DNA of 64,000 nt from Eledone cirrhosa (Eukaryota): contig CAXHJY010000329.1 in NCBI GenBank assembly GCA_964016885.1, positions 62,001 to 126,000 on the forward strand. Direction: 5' to 3'. Each line of letters begins with the position of its first letter. Position 1 is the first letter of the stretch. Of this stretch, positions 44,455 through 58,250 are shown piece by piece. The position numbers were made by a program, and so were the translations under genes. The notes beneath the pieces are model-generated. The model was not told the origin of the DNA. It did no database searches and worked only from the letters and a program-made list of their open reading frames with translations.

Positions 44455-47400
44455 ATTGGCAGAATGGGTGGAGCGTCAGACAACAGACTTATGTTTTATA
44501 CGCCCTGTTATTAGACTATAATATTGGCAGAATGGGTGGAGCGGCAGACAACAGAGATATGGTTTATACGCCCTGTTATTAGACTATAATATTGGCAGAA
44601 TCTGTGGAGCGTCAGACAATAGAGTTATGGTTTATACGCCCTGTTATTAGACTATAATATTGGCAGAATGGGTGGAGCGTCAGACACCAGAGTTATGGTT
44701 TATACGCCCTGTTATTAGACTATAATATTGGCAGAATGGGTGGAGCGTCAGACAACAGGTTTATGATTTATACGCCCTGTTATTAGACTATAATATTGGC
44801 AGCATGGGTGGAGCGTCAGACAACAGAGTTATGGTTTATACGCCCTGTTATTAGACTATAATATTGGCAGAATGGGTGGAGCGTCAGACAACAGAGTTAT
44901 GGTTTATACGCCCTGTTATTAGACTATAATATTGGCAGAATGGGTGGAGCGTCAGACAACAGAGTTATGTTTTATACGCCCTGTTATTAGACTATAATAT
45001 TGGCAGAATGGGTGGAGTGTCAGACAACAGTGTTATGGTTTATACGCCCTGTTATTAGACTATAATATTAGCAGAATGGGTGGAGTGTCAGACAACAGTG
45101 TTATGGTTTATACGCCCTGTTATTAGACTATAATATTGGCAGAATGGGTGGAGCGTCAGGCACCAGAGTTATGGTTTATACGCCCTGTTATTAGACTATA
45201 ATATTGGCAGAATGGGTGGAGCGTCAGACACCAGAGTTCTGGTTTATGCGCCCTGTTATTAGACTATATTATTGGCAGAATGTGTGGAGCGTCAGACAAC
45301 AGAGTTATGGTTTATACGCACTGTTATTAGACTATAATATTGGCAGAATGGGTGGAGCGTCAGACACCAGAGTTATGGTTTATACGCCCTGTTATTAGAC
45401 TATAATATTGGCAGAATGGGTGGAGCGTCAGACAACAGAGTTATGGTTTATACGCCCTGTTATTAGACTATAATATTAGCAGAATGGGTGGAGCATCAGA
45501 CACCAGAGTTATGGTTTATACGCCCTGTTATTAGACTATAATATTGGCAGAATGGGTGGAGCGTCAGACACCAGAGTTATAGTTTATACGCCCTGTTATT
45601 AGACTATAATATTGGCAGAATGGGTGGAGCATCAGACACCAGAGTTATGGTTTATACGCCCTGTTATTAGACTATAATATTGGCAGAATGGGTGGAGCAT
45701 CAGACAGCAGAGTTATGGTTTATACGCCCTGTTATTAGACTATAATATTGGCAGAATGGGTGGAGCGTCAGACAACAGAGTTTTGGTTTATACGCCCTGT
45801 TATTAGACTATAATATTGGCAGAATGGGTGGAGCGTCAGACAACAGAGTTATGGTTTATACGCCCTGTTATTAGACTATCATATTGGCAGAATGGGTGGA
45901 GCGTCAGACAACAGAGTTATGGTTTATACGCCCTGTTATTAGACTATAATATTGGCAGAATGGGTGGAGCGTCAGACACCAGAGTTATGGTTTATACGCC
46001 CTGTTATTAGACTATAATATTGGCAGAATGGGTGGAGCGTCAGACAACAGAGTTATGGTTTATACGCCCTGTTATTAGACTATAATATTCGCAGAATGGG
46101 TGGAGCGTCAGACAACAGAGTTATGGTTTATACGCCCTGTTATTAGACTATAATATTGGCAGAATGGGTGGAGCGTCAGACAACAGAGTTATGGTTTATA
46201 CACTCTGTTATCAGACTATAATATTGGCAGAATGGGTGGAGCGTCAGACACCAGAGTTATGGTTTATACGCCCTGTTATTAGACTATAATATTGGCAGAA
46301 TGGGTGGAGCGTCAGACAACAGAGTTATGGTTTATACGCCCTGCTATTAGACAATAATATTGGCAGAATGGGTGGAGCGTCACACAACAGAGTTATGGTT
46401 TATACGCCCTGTTATTAGACTATAGTATTGGCAGAATGGGTGGAGCGTCAGACAACAGAGTTATGGTTTATACGCCCTGTTATTAGACTATAATATCGGC
46501 AGAATGGGTGGAGCGTCAGACACCAGAGTTATGGTTTATACGCCCTGTTATTAGACTATAATATTGGCAGAATGGGTGGAGCGTCAGACAACAGAGTTAT
46601 GGTTTATACGCCCTGTTATTAGACTATAATATTGGCAGAATGGGTGGAGCATCAGACACCAGAGTTATGGTTTATACGCCCTGTTGTTAGACTATAATAT
46701 TGGCAGAATGGGTGGAGCGTCAGACACCAGAGTTATGGTTTATACGCCCTGTTATTAGACTATAATATTGGCAGAATGGGTGGAGCGTCAGACAACAGAG
46801 TTATGGTTTATACGCCCTGTTATTAGACTATAATATTGGCAGCATGGGTGGAGCGTCAGACACCAGAGTTATGGTTTATACGCCCTGTTATTAGACAATA
46901 ATATTGGCAGAATGGGTGGAGCGTCAGACACCAGAGTTATGGTTTATACGCCCTGTTATTAGACAATAATATTGGCAGAATGGGTGGAGTGTCAGACAAC
47001 AGTGTTATGGTTTATACGCCCTGTTATTAGACAATAATATTGGCAGAATGGGTGGAGCGTCAGACACCAGAGTTATGGTTTATACGCCCTGTTATTAGAC
47101 TATAATATTGGCAGAATGGCTGGAGTGTCAGACACCAGATTTATGGTTTATACGCCCTGTTATTAGACTATAATATTGGCAGAATGGGTGGAGCGTCAGA
47201 CACCAGAGTTATGGTTTATACGCCCTGTTATTAGACTATAATATTGGCAGAATGGGTGGAGTGTCAGACAACAGTGTTATGGTTTATACGCCCTGTTATT
47301 AGACTATAATATTGGCAGAATGGGTGGAGCGTCAGACACCAGAGTTATGGTTTATACGCCCTGTTATTAGACAATAATATTGGCAGAATGGGTGGAGCGT

Positions 47401-50400
47401 CAGACAACAGAGTCATAGTTTATACGCCCTGTTATTAGGCTATAACATTGGCAGAATGGGTGGAGCGTCAGACACCAGATTTATGGTTTATACGCCCAGT
47501 TATTAGACTATAATATTGGCAGAATGGGTGGAGCGTCAGACAACAGAGTTATAGTTTATACGCCCTGTTATTAGACTATAATATTGGCAGAATGTGTGGA
47601 GCGTCAGACAACAGAGTTATGGTTTATACGCCCTGTTATTAGACTATAATATTGGCAGAATCTGTGGAGCGTCAGACAAAAGAGTTATGGTTTATACGCC
47701 CTGTTATTAGACTATAATATTGGCAGAATGGGTGGAGCGTCAGACACCAGAGTTATGGTTTATACGCCCTGTTATTAGACTATAATATTGGCAGAATGGG
47801 TGGAGCGTCAGACACCAGAGTTATGGTTTATACGCCCTGTTATTAGACTATAATATTGGCAGAATGGGTGGAGCGTCAGACAACAGAGTTATGGTTAATA
47901 CGCCCTGTTATTAGCCTATACTATTGGCAGAATGGGTGGAGTGTCAGACAACAGTGTTATGGTTTATACGCCCTGTTATTAGACTATAATATTGGCAGAA
48001 TGGGTAGAGCGTCAGACAACAGAATTATGGTTTATACGCCCTGTTATTAGACTATAATATTGGCAGAATTGGTGGAGCGGCAGACAACAGAGATATGGTT
48101 TATACGCCCTGTTATTAGACTATAATATTGGCAGAATCTGTGGAGCGTCAGACAATAGAGTTATGGTTTATACGCCCTGTTATTATACTATAATATTGGC
48201 AGAATGGGTGGAGCGTCAGACACCAGAGTTATGGTTTATACGCCCTGTTATTAGACTATAATATTGGCAGAATGGGTGGAGCGTCAGACACCAGAGTCAT
48301 GGTTTATACGCCCAGTTATTAGACTATCATATTGGCAGAAAGGGTGGAGCGTCAGACAACAGAGTCATGGTTTATGCGCCCTGTTATTAGACTATAATAT
48401 TGGCAGAATGGGTGGAGCGTCAGACACCAGAGATATGGTTTATAAGCCCTGTTATTAGACTATAATATTGGCAGAATCAGTGGAGCGTCAGACACCAGAG
48501 TTATGGTTTATACGCCCTGTTATTAGACTATAATATTGGCAGAATCTGTGGAGCGTCAGACAACAGAGTTATGGTTTATACGCCCTGTTATTAGACTATA
48601 ATATTGGCAGAATGGGTGGAGCGTCAGACACCAGAGTTATGGTTTATACGCCCTGTTATTAGACTATAATATTGGCAGAATGGGTGGAGCGTTAGACACC
48701 AGAGTTATGGTTTATACGCCCTGTTATTAGACTATAATATTGGCAGAATGGGTGGAGCGTCAGACAACAGAGTTTTGGTTTATACGCCCTGTTATTAGAC
48801 TATAATATTGGCAGAATGGGTGGAGCGTCAGACAACAGAGTTATGGTTTATACGCCCTGTTATTAGACTATCATATTGGCAGAATGGGTGGAGCGTCAGA
48901 CAACAGAGTTATGGTTTATACGCCCTGTTATTAGACTATAATATTGGCAGAATGGGTGGAGCGTCAGACACCAGAGTTATGGTTTATACGCCCTGTTATT
49001 AGACTATAATATTGGCAGAATGGGTGGAGCGTCAGACAACAGAGTTATGGTTTATACGCCCTGTTATTAGACTATAATATTGGCAGAATGGGTGGAGCGT
49101 CAGACAACAGAGTTTTGGTTTATACGCCCTGTTATTAGACTATAATATTGGCAGAATGGGTGGAGCGTCAGACAACAGAGTTATGGTTTATACGCCCTGT
49201 TATTAGACTATCATATTGGCAGAATGGGTGGAGCGTCAGACAACAGAGTTATGGTTTATACGCCCTGTTATTAGACTATAATATTGGCAGAATGGGTGGA
49301 GCGTCAGACAACAGAGTTATGGTTTATACGCCCTGTTATTAGACTATAATATTGGCAGAATGGGTGGAGCGTCAGACAACAGAGTTATGGTTTATACGCC
49401 CTGTTATTAGACTATAATATTGGCAGAATGGGTGGAGCGTCAGACAACAGAGTTATGGTTTATACGCCCTGTTATTAGACTATAATATTGGCAGAATGGG
49501 TGGAGCGTCAGACAACAGAGTTATGGTTTATACGCTCTGTTATCAGACTATAATATTGGCAGAATGGGTGGAGCGTCAGACACCAGAGTTATGGTTTATA
49601 CGCCCTGTTATTAGACTATAATATTGGCAGAATGGGTGGAGCGTCAGACAACAGAGTTATGGTTTATACGCCCTGCTATTAGACAATAATATTGGCAGAA
49701 TGGGTGGAGCGTCACACAACAGAGTTATGGTTTATACGCCCTGTTATTAGACTATAGTATTGGCAGAATGGGTGGAGCGTCAGACAACAGAGTTATGGTT
49801 TATACGCCCTGTTATTAGACTATAATATCGGCAGAATGGGTGGAGCGTCAGACACCAGAGTTATGGTTTATACGCCCTGTTATTAGACTATAATATTGGC
49901 AGAATGGGTGGAGCGTCAGACAACAGAGTTATGGTTTATACGCCCTGTTATTAGACTATAATATTGGCAGAATGGGTGGAGCATCAGACACCAGAGTTAT
50001 GGTTTATACGCCCTGTTGTTAGACTATAATATTGGCAGAATGGGTGGAGCGTCAGACACCAGAGTTATGGTTTATACGCCCTGTTATTAGACTATAATAT
50101 TGGCAGAATGGGTGGAGCGTCAGACAACAGAGTTATGGTTTATACGCCCTGTTATTAGACTATAATATTGGCAGAATGGGTGGAGCGTCAGACAACAGAG
50201 TTATGGTTTATACGCCCTGTTATTAGACTATAATATTGGCAGCATGGGTGGAGCGTCAGACAACAGAGTTATGGTTTATACGCCCTGTTATTAGACTATA
50301 ATATTGGCAGAATGGGTGGAGCGTCAGACAACAGAGTTATGGTTTATACGCCCTGTTATTAGACTATAATATTGGCAGAATGGGTGGAGCGTCAGACAAC

Positions 50401-50844
50401 AGAGTTATGGTTTATACGCCCTGTTATTAGACAATAATATTGGCAGAATGGGTGGAGCGTCAGACAACAGAGTTATGGTTTATACGCCCTGTTATTAGAC
50501 TATAATATTGGCAGAATGGGTGGAGCGTCAGACAACAGAGTTATGGTTTATACGCCCTGTTATTAGACTATAATATTGGCAGAATGGGTGGGGTGTCTGA
50601 CAACAGAGTTATGGTTTATACGCCCTGTTATTAGACAATAATATTGGCAGAATGGGTGGGGCGTCTGACAACAGAGTTATGGTTTATACGCCCTGTTATT
50701 AGACAATAATATTGGCAGAATGGGTGGAGCGTCAGACAACAGGTTTATGATTTATACGCCCTGTTATTAGACTATAATATTGGCAGAATGGGTGGAGCGT
50801 CAGACAACAGATTTATGGTTTATACGCAGTTATTAGACTATAAT
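44455..50844. repeat. 94-monomer higher-order block, copy 2 (direct tandem duplicate of 38065-44454)
   Basis: It has the same ordered rare variants, starts with the GACTTATGTTTT monomer and ends with the same deletion monomer (50821-50830). I saw about 8 single-base differences between the copies. Confidence 0.93.
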
Positions 50845-53359
50845 ATTGGCAGAATGGGTGGAGCGTCAGACACCAGAGTTATGGTTTATACGCCCTGTTA
50901 TTAGACAATAATATTGGCAAAATGGGTGGAGCGTCAGACACCAGAGTTATGTTTTACACGCCCTGTTATTAGACTATAATATTGGCAGAATGGGTGGAGT
51001 GTCAGACAACAGTGTTATGGTTTATACGCCCTGTTATTAGACAATAATATTGGCAGAATGGGTGGAGCGTCAGACACCAGAGTTATGGTTTATACGCCCT
51101 GTTATTAGACAATAATATTGGCAGAATGGGTGGACTGTCAGACAACAGTGTTATGGTTTATACGCCCTGTTATTAGACAATAATATTGGCAGAATGGGTG
51201 GAGCGTCAGACACCAGAGTTATGGTTTATACGCCCTGTTATTAGACTATAATATTGGCAGAATGGGTGGAGTGTCAGACAACAGTGTTATGGTTTATACG
51301 CCCTGTTATTAGACTATAATATTGGCAGAATGGGTGGAGCGTCAGACACCAGAGTTATGGTTTATACGCCCTGTTATTAGACAATAATATTGGCAGAATG
51401 GGTGGAGCGTCAGACAACAGAGTCATAGTTTATACGCCCTGTTATTAGGCTATAACATTGGCAGAATGGGTGGAGCGTCAGACACCAGATTTATGGTTTA
51501 TACGCCCAGTTATTAGACTATAATATTGGCAGAATGGGTGGAGCGTCAGACAACAGAGTTATAGTTTATACGCCCTGTTATTAGACTATAATATTGGCAG
51601 AATGGGTGGAGCGTCAGACACCAGAGTTATGGTTTATACGCCCTGTTATTAGACTATAATATTGGCAGAATGGGTGGAGCGTCAGACAACAGAGTTATGG
51701 TTAATACGCCCTGTTATTAGCCTATACTATTGGCAGAATGGGTGGAGTGTCAGACAACAGTGTTATGGTTTATACGCCCTGTTATTAGACTATAATATTG
51801 GCAGAATGGGTAGAGCGTCAGACAACAGAATTATGGTTTATACGCCCTGTTATTAGACTATAATATTGGCAGAATTGGTGGAGCGGCAGACAACAGAGAT
51901 ATGGTTTATACGCCCTGTTATTAGACTATAATATTGGCAGAATCTGTGGAGCGTCAGACAATAGAGTTATGGTTTATACGCCCTGTTATTATACTATAAT
52001 ATTGGCAGAATGGGTGGAGCGTCAGACACCAGAGTTATGGTTTATACGCCCTGTTATTAGACTATAATATTGGCAGAATGGGTGGAGCGTCAGACACCAG
52101 AGTCATGGTTTATACGCCCAGTTATTAGACTATCATATTGGCAGAAAGGGTGGAGCGTCAGACAACAGAGTCATGGTTTATGCGCCCTGTTATTAGACTA
52201 TAATATTGGCAGAATGGGTGGAGCGTCAGACACCAGAGATATGGTTTATAAGCCCTGTTATTAGACTATAATATTGGCAGAATCAGTGGAGCGTCAGACA
52301 CCAGAGTTATGGTTTATACGCCCTGTTATTAGACTATAATATTGGCAGAATCTGTGGAGCGTCAGACAACAGAGTTATGGTTTATACGCCCTGTTATTAG
52401 ACTATAATATTGGCAGAATGGGTGGAGCGTCAGACACCAGAGTTATGGTTTATACGCCCTGTTATTAGACTATAATATTGGCAGAATGGGTGGAGCGTTA
52501 GACACCAGAGTTATGGTTTATACGCCCTGTTATTAGACTATAATATTGGCAAAATGGGTGGAGCGTCAGACAACAGAGTCATGGTTTATACGCCCTGTTA
52601 TTAGACTATAATATTGGCAGAATGGGTGGAGCATCAGACACCAGAGTTATGGTTTATACGCCCTGTTATTAGACTATAATATTGGCAGAATGGGTGGAGC
52701 GTCAGACAACAGAGTTATGGTTTATGCGCCCTGTTATTAGACTATAATATTGGCAGAATGGGTGGAGCGTCAGACACCAGAGTTATGGTTTATACGCCCT
52801 ATTATTAGACTATAATATTGGCAGAATGGGTGGAGCGTCAGACAAAAGAGTTATGGTTTATACGCCCTGTTATTAGACTATAATATTGGCAGAATGGGTG
52901 GAGCGTCAGACAACAGAGTTATGGTTTATACGCCCTGTTATTAGACTATAATATTGGCAGAATGGGTGGGGCGTCAGACAAAAGAGTTATGGGTTATACG
53001 CCCTGTTATTAGACTATAATATTGGCAGAATGGGTGGAGCGTCTGACAACAGAGTTATGGTTTATACGCCCTGTTATTAGACTATAATATTGGCAGAATG
53101 GGTGGAGCGTCAGACAACAGACTTATGGTTTATACGCCCTGTTATTAGACTATAATATTGGCAGAATGGGTGGAGCGGCAGACAACAGAGATATGGTTTA
53201 TACGCCCTGTTATTAGACTGTAATATTGGCAGAATCTGTGGAGCGTCAGACCAGAGAGTTATGGTTTATACGCCCTGTTATTAGACTATAATATTGGCAG
53301 AATGGGTGGAGCGTCAGACACCAGAGTTATGGTTTATACGCCCTGTTATTAGACTATAA

Positions 53360-56300
53360 TATTGGCAGAATGGGTGGAGCGTCAGACAACAGAGTTATGG
53401 TTTATACTCCCTGTTATTAGACTATAATATTGGCAGAATGGGTGGAGCGTCAGACAACAGAGTTATGGTTTATACGCCCTGTTATTAGACAATAATATTG
53501 GCAGAATGGGTGGAGCGTCAGACAACAGAGTTATGGTTTATACGCCCTGTTATTAGACTATAATATTGGCAGAATGGGTGGAGCGTCAGACAACAGAGTT
53601 ATGGTTTATACTCCCTGTTATTAGACTATAATATTGGCAGAATGGGTGGAGCGTCAGACAACAGACTTATGGTTTATACGCCCTGTTATTAGACTATAAT
53701 ATTGGCAGAATGGGTGGAGCAGCAGACAACAGAGATATGGTTTATACGCCCTGTTATTAGACTATAATATTGGCAGAATCTGTGGAGCGTCAGACAATAG
53801 AGTTATGATTTATACGCCCTGTTATTAGACTATAATATTGGCAGACTGGGTGGAGCGTCAGACACCAGAGTTATGGTTTATACGCCCTGTTATTAGACTA
53901 TAATATTGGCAGAATGGGTGGAGCGTCAGACAACAGGTTTATGATTTATACGCCCTGTTATTAGACTATAATATTGGCAGAATGGGTGGAGCGTCAGACA
54001 ACAGAGTTATGGTTTATACGCAGTTATTAGACTATAATATTGGCAGAATGGGTGGAGCATCAGACACCAGAGTTATGGTTTATACGCCCTGTTATTAGAC
54101 TATAATATTGGCAGAATGTGTGGAGCGTCAGACAACAGAGTTATGGTTTATACGCACTGTTATTAGACTATAATATTGGCAGAATGGGTGGAGCGTCAGA
54201 CACCAGAGTTATGGTTTATACGCCCTGTTATTAGACTATAATATTGGCAGAATGGGTGGAGCATCAGACAACAGAGTTATGGTTTATACGCCCTGTTATT
54301 AGACTATAATATTGGCAGAATGGGTGGAGCATCAGGCACCAGAGTTATGATTTATACGCCCTGGTATTAGACTATAATATTGGCAGAATTGGTGGAGCGT
54401 CAGACAACAGAGTTATGGTTTATACGTCCGGTTATTAGACTATAATATTGGCAGAATGGGTGGAGCGTCAGACACCAGAGTTATGGTTTATACGCCCTGT
54501 TATTAGACTATAATATTGGCAGAATGGGTGGAGCGTCAGACACCAGAGTTATGGTTTTTACGCCCTGTTATTAGACTATAATATTGACAGAATGGGTGGA
54601 GCATCAGACACCAGAGTTATGGTTTATACGCCCTGTTATTAGACTATAATATTGGCAGAATGGGTGGAGCATCAGACACCAGAGTTATGGTTTATACACC
54701 CTGTTATTAGACTATAATATTGGCAGAAAGGGTGAAGCGTCAGACAACAGAGTTATGGTTTATACGCCCTGTTATTAGACTATAATATTGGCAGAATGGG
54801 TGGAGCATCAGACACCAGAGTTATGGTTTATACGCCCTGTTATTAGACTATAATATTGGCAGAATGGGTGGAGCGTCAGACACCAGAGTTATGGTTTATA
54901 CGCCCTGTTATTAGACTATAATATTGGCAGAATGGGTGGAGCATCAGACACCAGAGTTATGGTTTATACGCCCTGTTATTAGACTATAATATTGGCAGAA
55001 TGGGTGGAGCATCAGACACCAGAGTTATGGTTATTACGCCCTGTTATTAGACTATAATATTGGCAGAATGGGTGGAGCGTCAGACAACAGAGTTATGGTT
55101 TATACGCCCTGTTATTAGACTATAATATTGGCAGAATGGGTGGAGCGTCAGACAACAGAGTTATGGTTTATACGCCCTGTTATTAGACTATCATATTGGC
55201 AGAATGGGTGGAGCGTCAGACAACAGAGTTATGGTTTATACGCCCTGTTATTAGACTATAATATTGGCAGAATGGGTGGAGCGTCAGACACCAGAGTTAT
55301 GGTTTATACGCCCTGTTATTAGACTATAATATTGGCAGAATGGGTGGAGCGTCAGACAACAGAGTTATGGTTTATACGCCCTGTTATTAGACTATAATAT
55401 TGGCAGAATGGGTGGAGCGTCAGACAACAGAGTTTTGGTTTATACGCTCTGTTATCAGACTATAATATTGGCAGAATGGGTGGAGCGTCAGACACCAGAG
55501 TTATGGGTCATACGCCCTGTTATTAGACTATAATATTGGCAGAATGGGTGGAGCGTCAGACAACAGAGTTATGGTTTATACGCCCTGTTATTAGACTATA
55601 ATATTGGCAGAACGGGTGGAGCGTCAGACAACAGAGTTATGGTTTATACGCCCTGTTATTAGACTATAATATTGGCAGCATGGGTGGAGCGTCAGACGAC
55701 AGAGTTATGGTTTATACGCCTTGTTATTAGACTATAATATTGGCAGAATGTGTGGAGCGTCAGACAACAGAGTTATGGTTTATACGCCCTGTTATTAGAC
55801 TATAATATTGGCAGAATGGGTGGAGCGTCAGACAAGAGAGTTATGGTTTATACAACCTGCTATTAGACAATAATATTGGCAGAATTGGTGGAGCGTCAGA
55901 CAACAGAGTTATGGTTTATACGCCCTGTTATTAGACTATAGTATTGGCAGAATGGGTGGAGCGTCAGACAACAGAGTTATGGTTTATACGCCCTGTTATT
56001 AGACTATAATATCGGCAGAATGGGTGGAGCGTCAGACACCAGAGTTATGGTTTATACGCCCTGTTATTAGACTATAATATTGGCAGAATGGGTGGAGCGT
56101 CAGACAACAGAGTTATGGTTTATACGCCCTGTTATTAGACTATAATATTGGCAGAATGGGTGGAGCATCAGACACCAGAGTTATGGTTTATACGCCCTGT
56201 TGTTAGACTATAATATTGGCAGAATGGGTGGAGCGTCAGACACCAGAGTTATGGTTTATACGCCCTGTTATTAGACTATAATATTGGCAGAATGGGTGGA

Positions 56301-58250
56301 GCGTCAGACAACAGAGTTATGGTTTATACGCCCTGTTATTAGACTATAATATTGGCAGAATGGGTGGAGCGTCAGACAACAGAGTTATGGTTTATACGCC
56401 CTGTTATTAGACTATAATATTGGCAGAATGGTAGGGGCGTCAGACAACAGAGTTATAGTTTAAACGCCCTGTTATTAGACTATAATATTGGGAGAATGGG
56501 TGGAGCGTCTGACAACAGAGTTATGGTTTATACGCCCTGTTATTAGACTATAATATTGGCAGAATGGGTGGAGCGTCAGACAACAGACTTATGTTTTATA
56601 CGCCCTGTTATTAGACTATAATATTGGCAGAATGGGTGGAGCGGCAGACAACAGAGATATGGTTTATACGCCCTGTTATTAGACTATAATATTGGCAGAA
56701 TCTGTGGAGCGTCAGACAATAGAGTTATGGTTTATACGCCCTGTTATTAGACTATAATATTGGCAGAATGGGTGGAGCGTCAGACAACAGAGTTATGGTT
56801 TATACGCCCTGTTATTAGACTATAATATTGGCAAAATGGGTGGAGCGTCAGACACCAGAGTTATGTTTTATACGCCCTGTTATTAGACTATAATATTGGC
56901 AGAATGGGTGGAGTGTCAGACAACAGTGTTATGGTTTATACGCCCTGTTATTAGACTATAATATTGGCAGAATAGGTGGAGCGTCAGACAACAGAGTTAT
57001 GGTTTATACGCCCTGTTATTAGACTATAATATTGGCAGAATGGGTGGAGCGTCAGACAACAGACTTATGTTTTATACGCCCTGTTATTAGACTATAATAT
57101 TGGCAGAATGGGTGGAGCGGCAGACAACAGAGATATGGTTTATACGCCCTGTTATTAGACTATAATATTGGCAGAATCTGTGGAGCGTCAGACAATAGAG
57201 TTATGGTTTATACGCCCTGTTATTAGACTATAATATTGGCAGAATGGGTGGAGCGTCAGACAACAGAGTTATGGTTTATACGCCCTGTTATTAGACTATA
57301 ATATTGGCAAAATGGGTGGAGCGTCAGACACCAGAGTTATGTTTTATACGCCCTGTTATTAGACTATAATATTGGCAGAATGGGTGGAGTGTCAGACAAC
57401 AGTGTTATGGTTTATACGCCCTGTTATCAGACTATAATATTGGCAGAATGGGTGGAGCGTCAGGCACCAGAGTTATGGTTTATACGCCCTGTTATTAGAC
57501 TATAATATTGGCAGAATGGGTGGAGCGTCAGACACCAGAGTTCTGGTTTATGCGCCCTGTTATTAGACTATATTATTGGCAGAATGTGTGGAGCGTCAGA
57601 CAACAGAGTTATGGTTTATACGCACTGTTATTAGACTATAATATTGGCAGAATGGGTGGAGCGTCAGACACCAGAGTTATGGTTTATACGCCCTGTTATT
57701 AGACTATAATATTGGCAGAATGGGTGGAGCGTCAGACAACAGAGTTATGGTTTATACGCCCTGTTATTAGACTATAATATTGGCAGAATGGGTGGAGCAT
57801 CAGACACAGAGTTATGGTTTATACGCCCTGTTATTAGACTATAATATTGGCAGAATGGGTGGAGCGTCAGACACCAGAGTTATAGTTTATACGCCCTGTT
57901 ATTAGACTATAATATTGGCAGAATGGGTGGAGCATCAGACACCAGAGTTATGGTTTATACGCCCTGTTATTAGACTATAATATTGGCAGAATGGGTGGAG
58001 CATCAGACAGCAGAGTTATGGTTTATACGCCCTGTTATTAGACTATAATATTGGCAGAATGGGTGGAGCGTCAGACAACAGAGTTTTGGTTTATACGCCC
58101 TGTTATTAGACTATAATATTGGCAGAATGGGTGGAGCGTCAGACAACAGAGTTATGGTTTATACGCCCTGTTATTAGACTATCATATTGGCAGAATGGGT
58201 GGAGCGTCAGACAACAGAGTTATGGTTTATACGCCCTGTTATTAGACTAT
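53360..58250. repeat. Dispersed ~5 kb variant block, copy C (approximate limits)
   Basis: Same marker order. ORFs at 55128, 57508 and 58119. Offset from copy B is 24677 = 363x68 - 7, matching the intervening indels. Confidence 0.85.
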
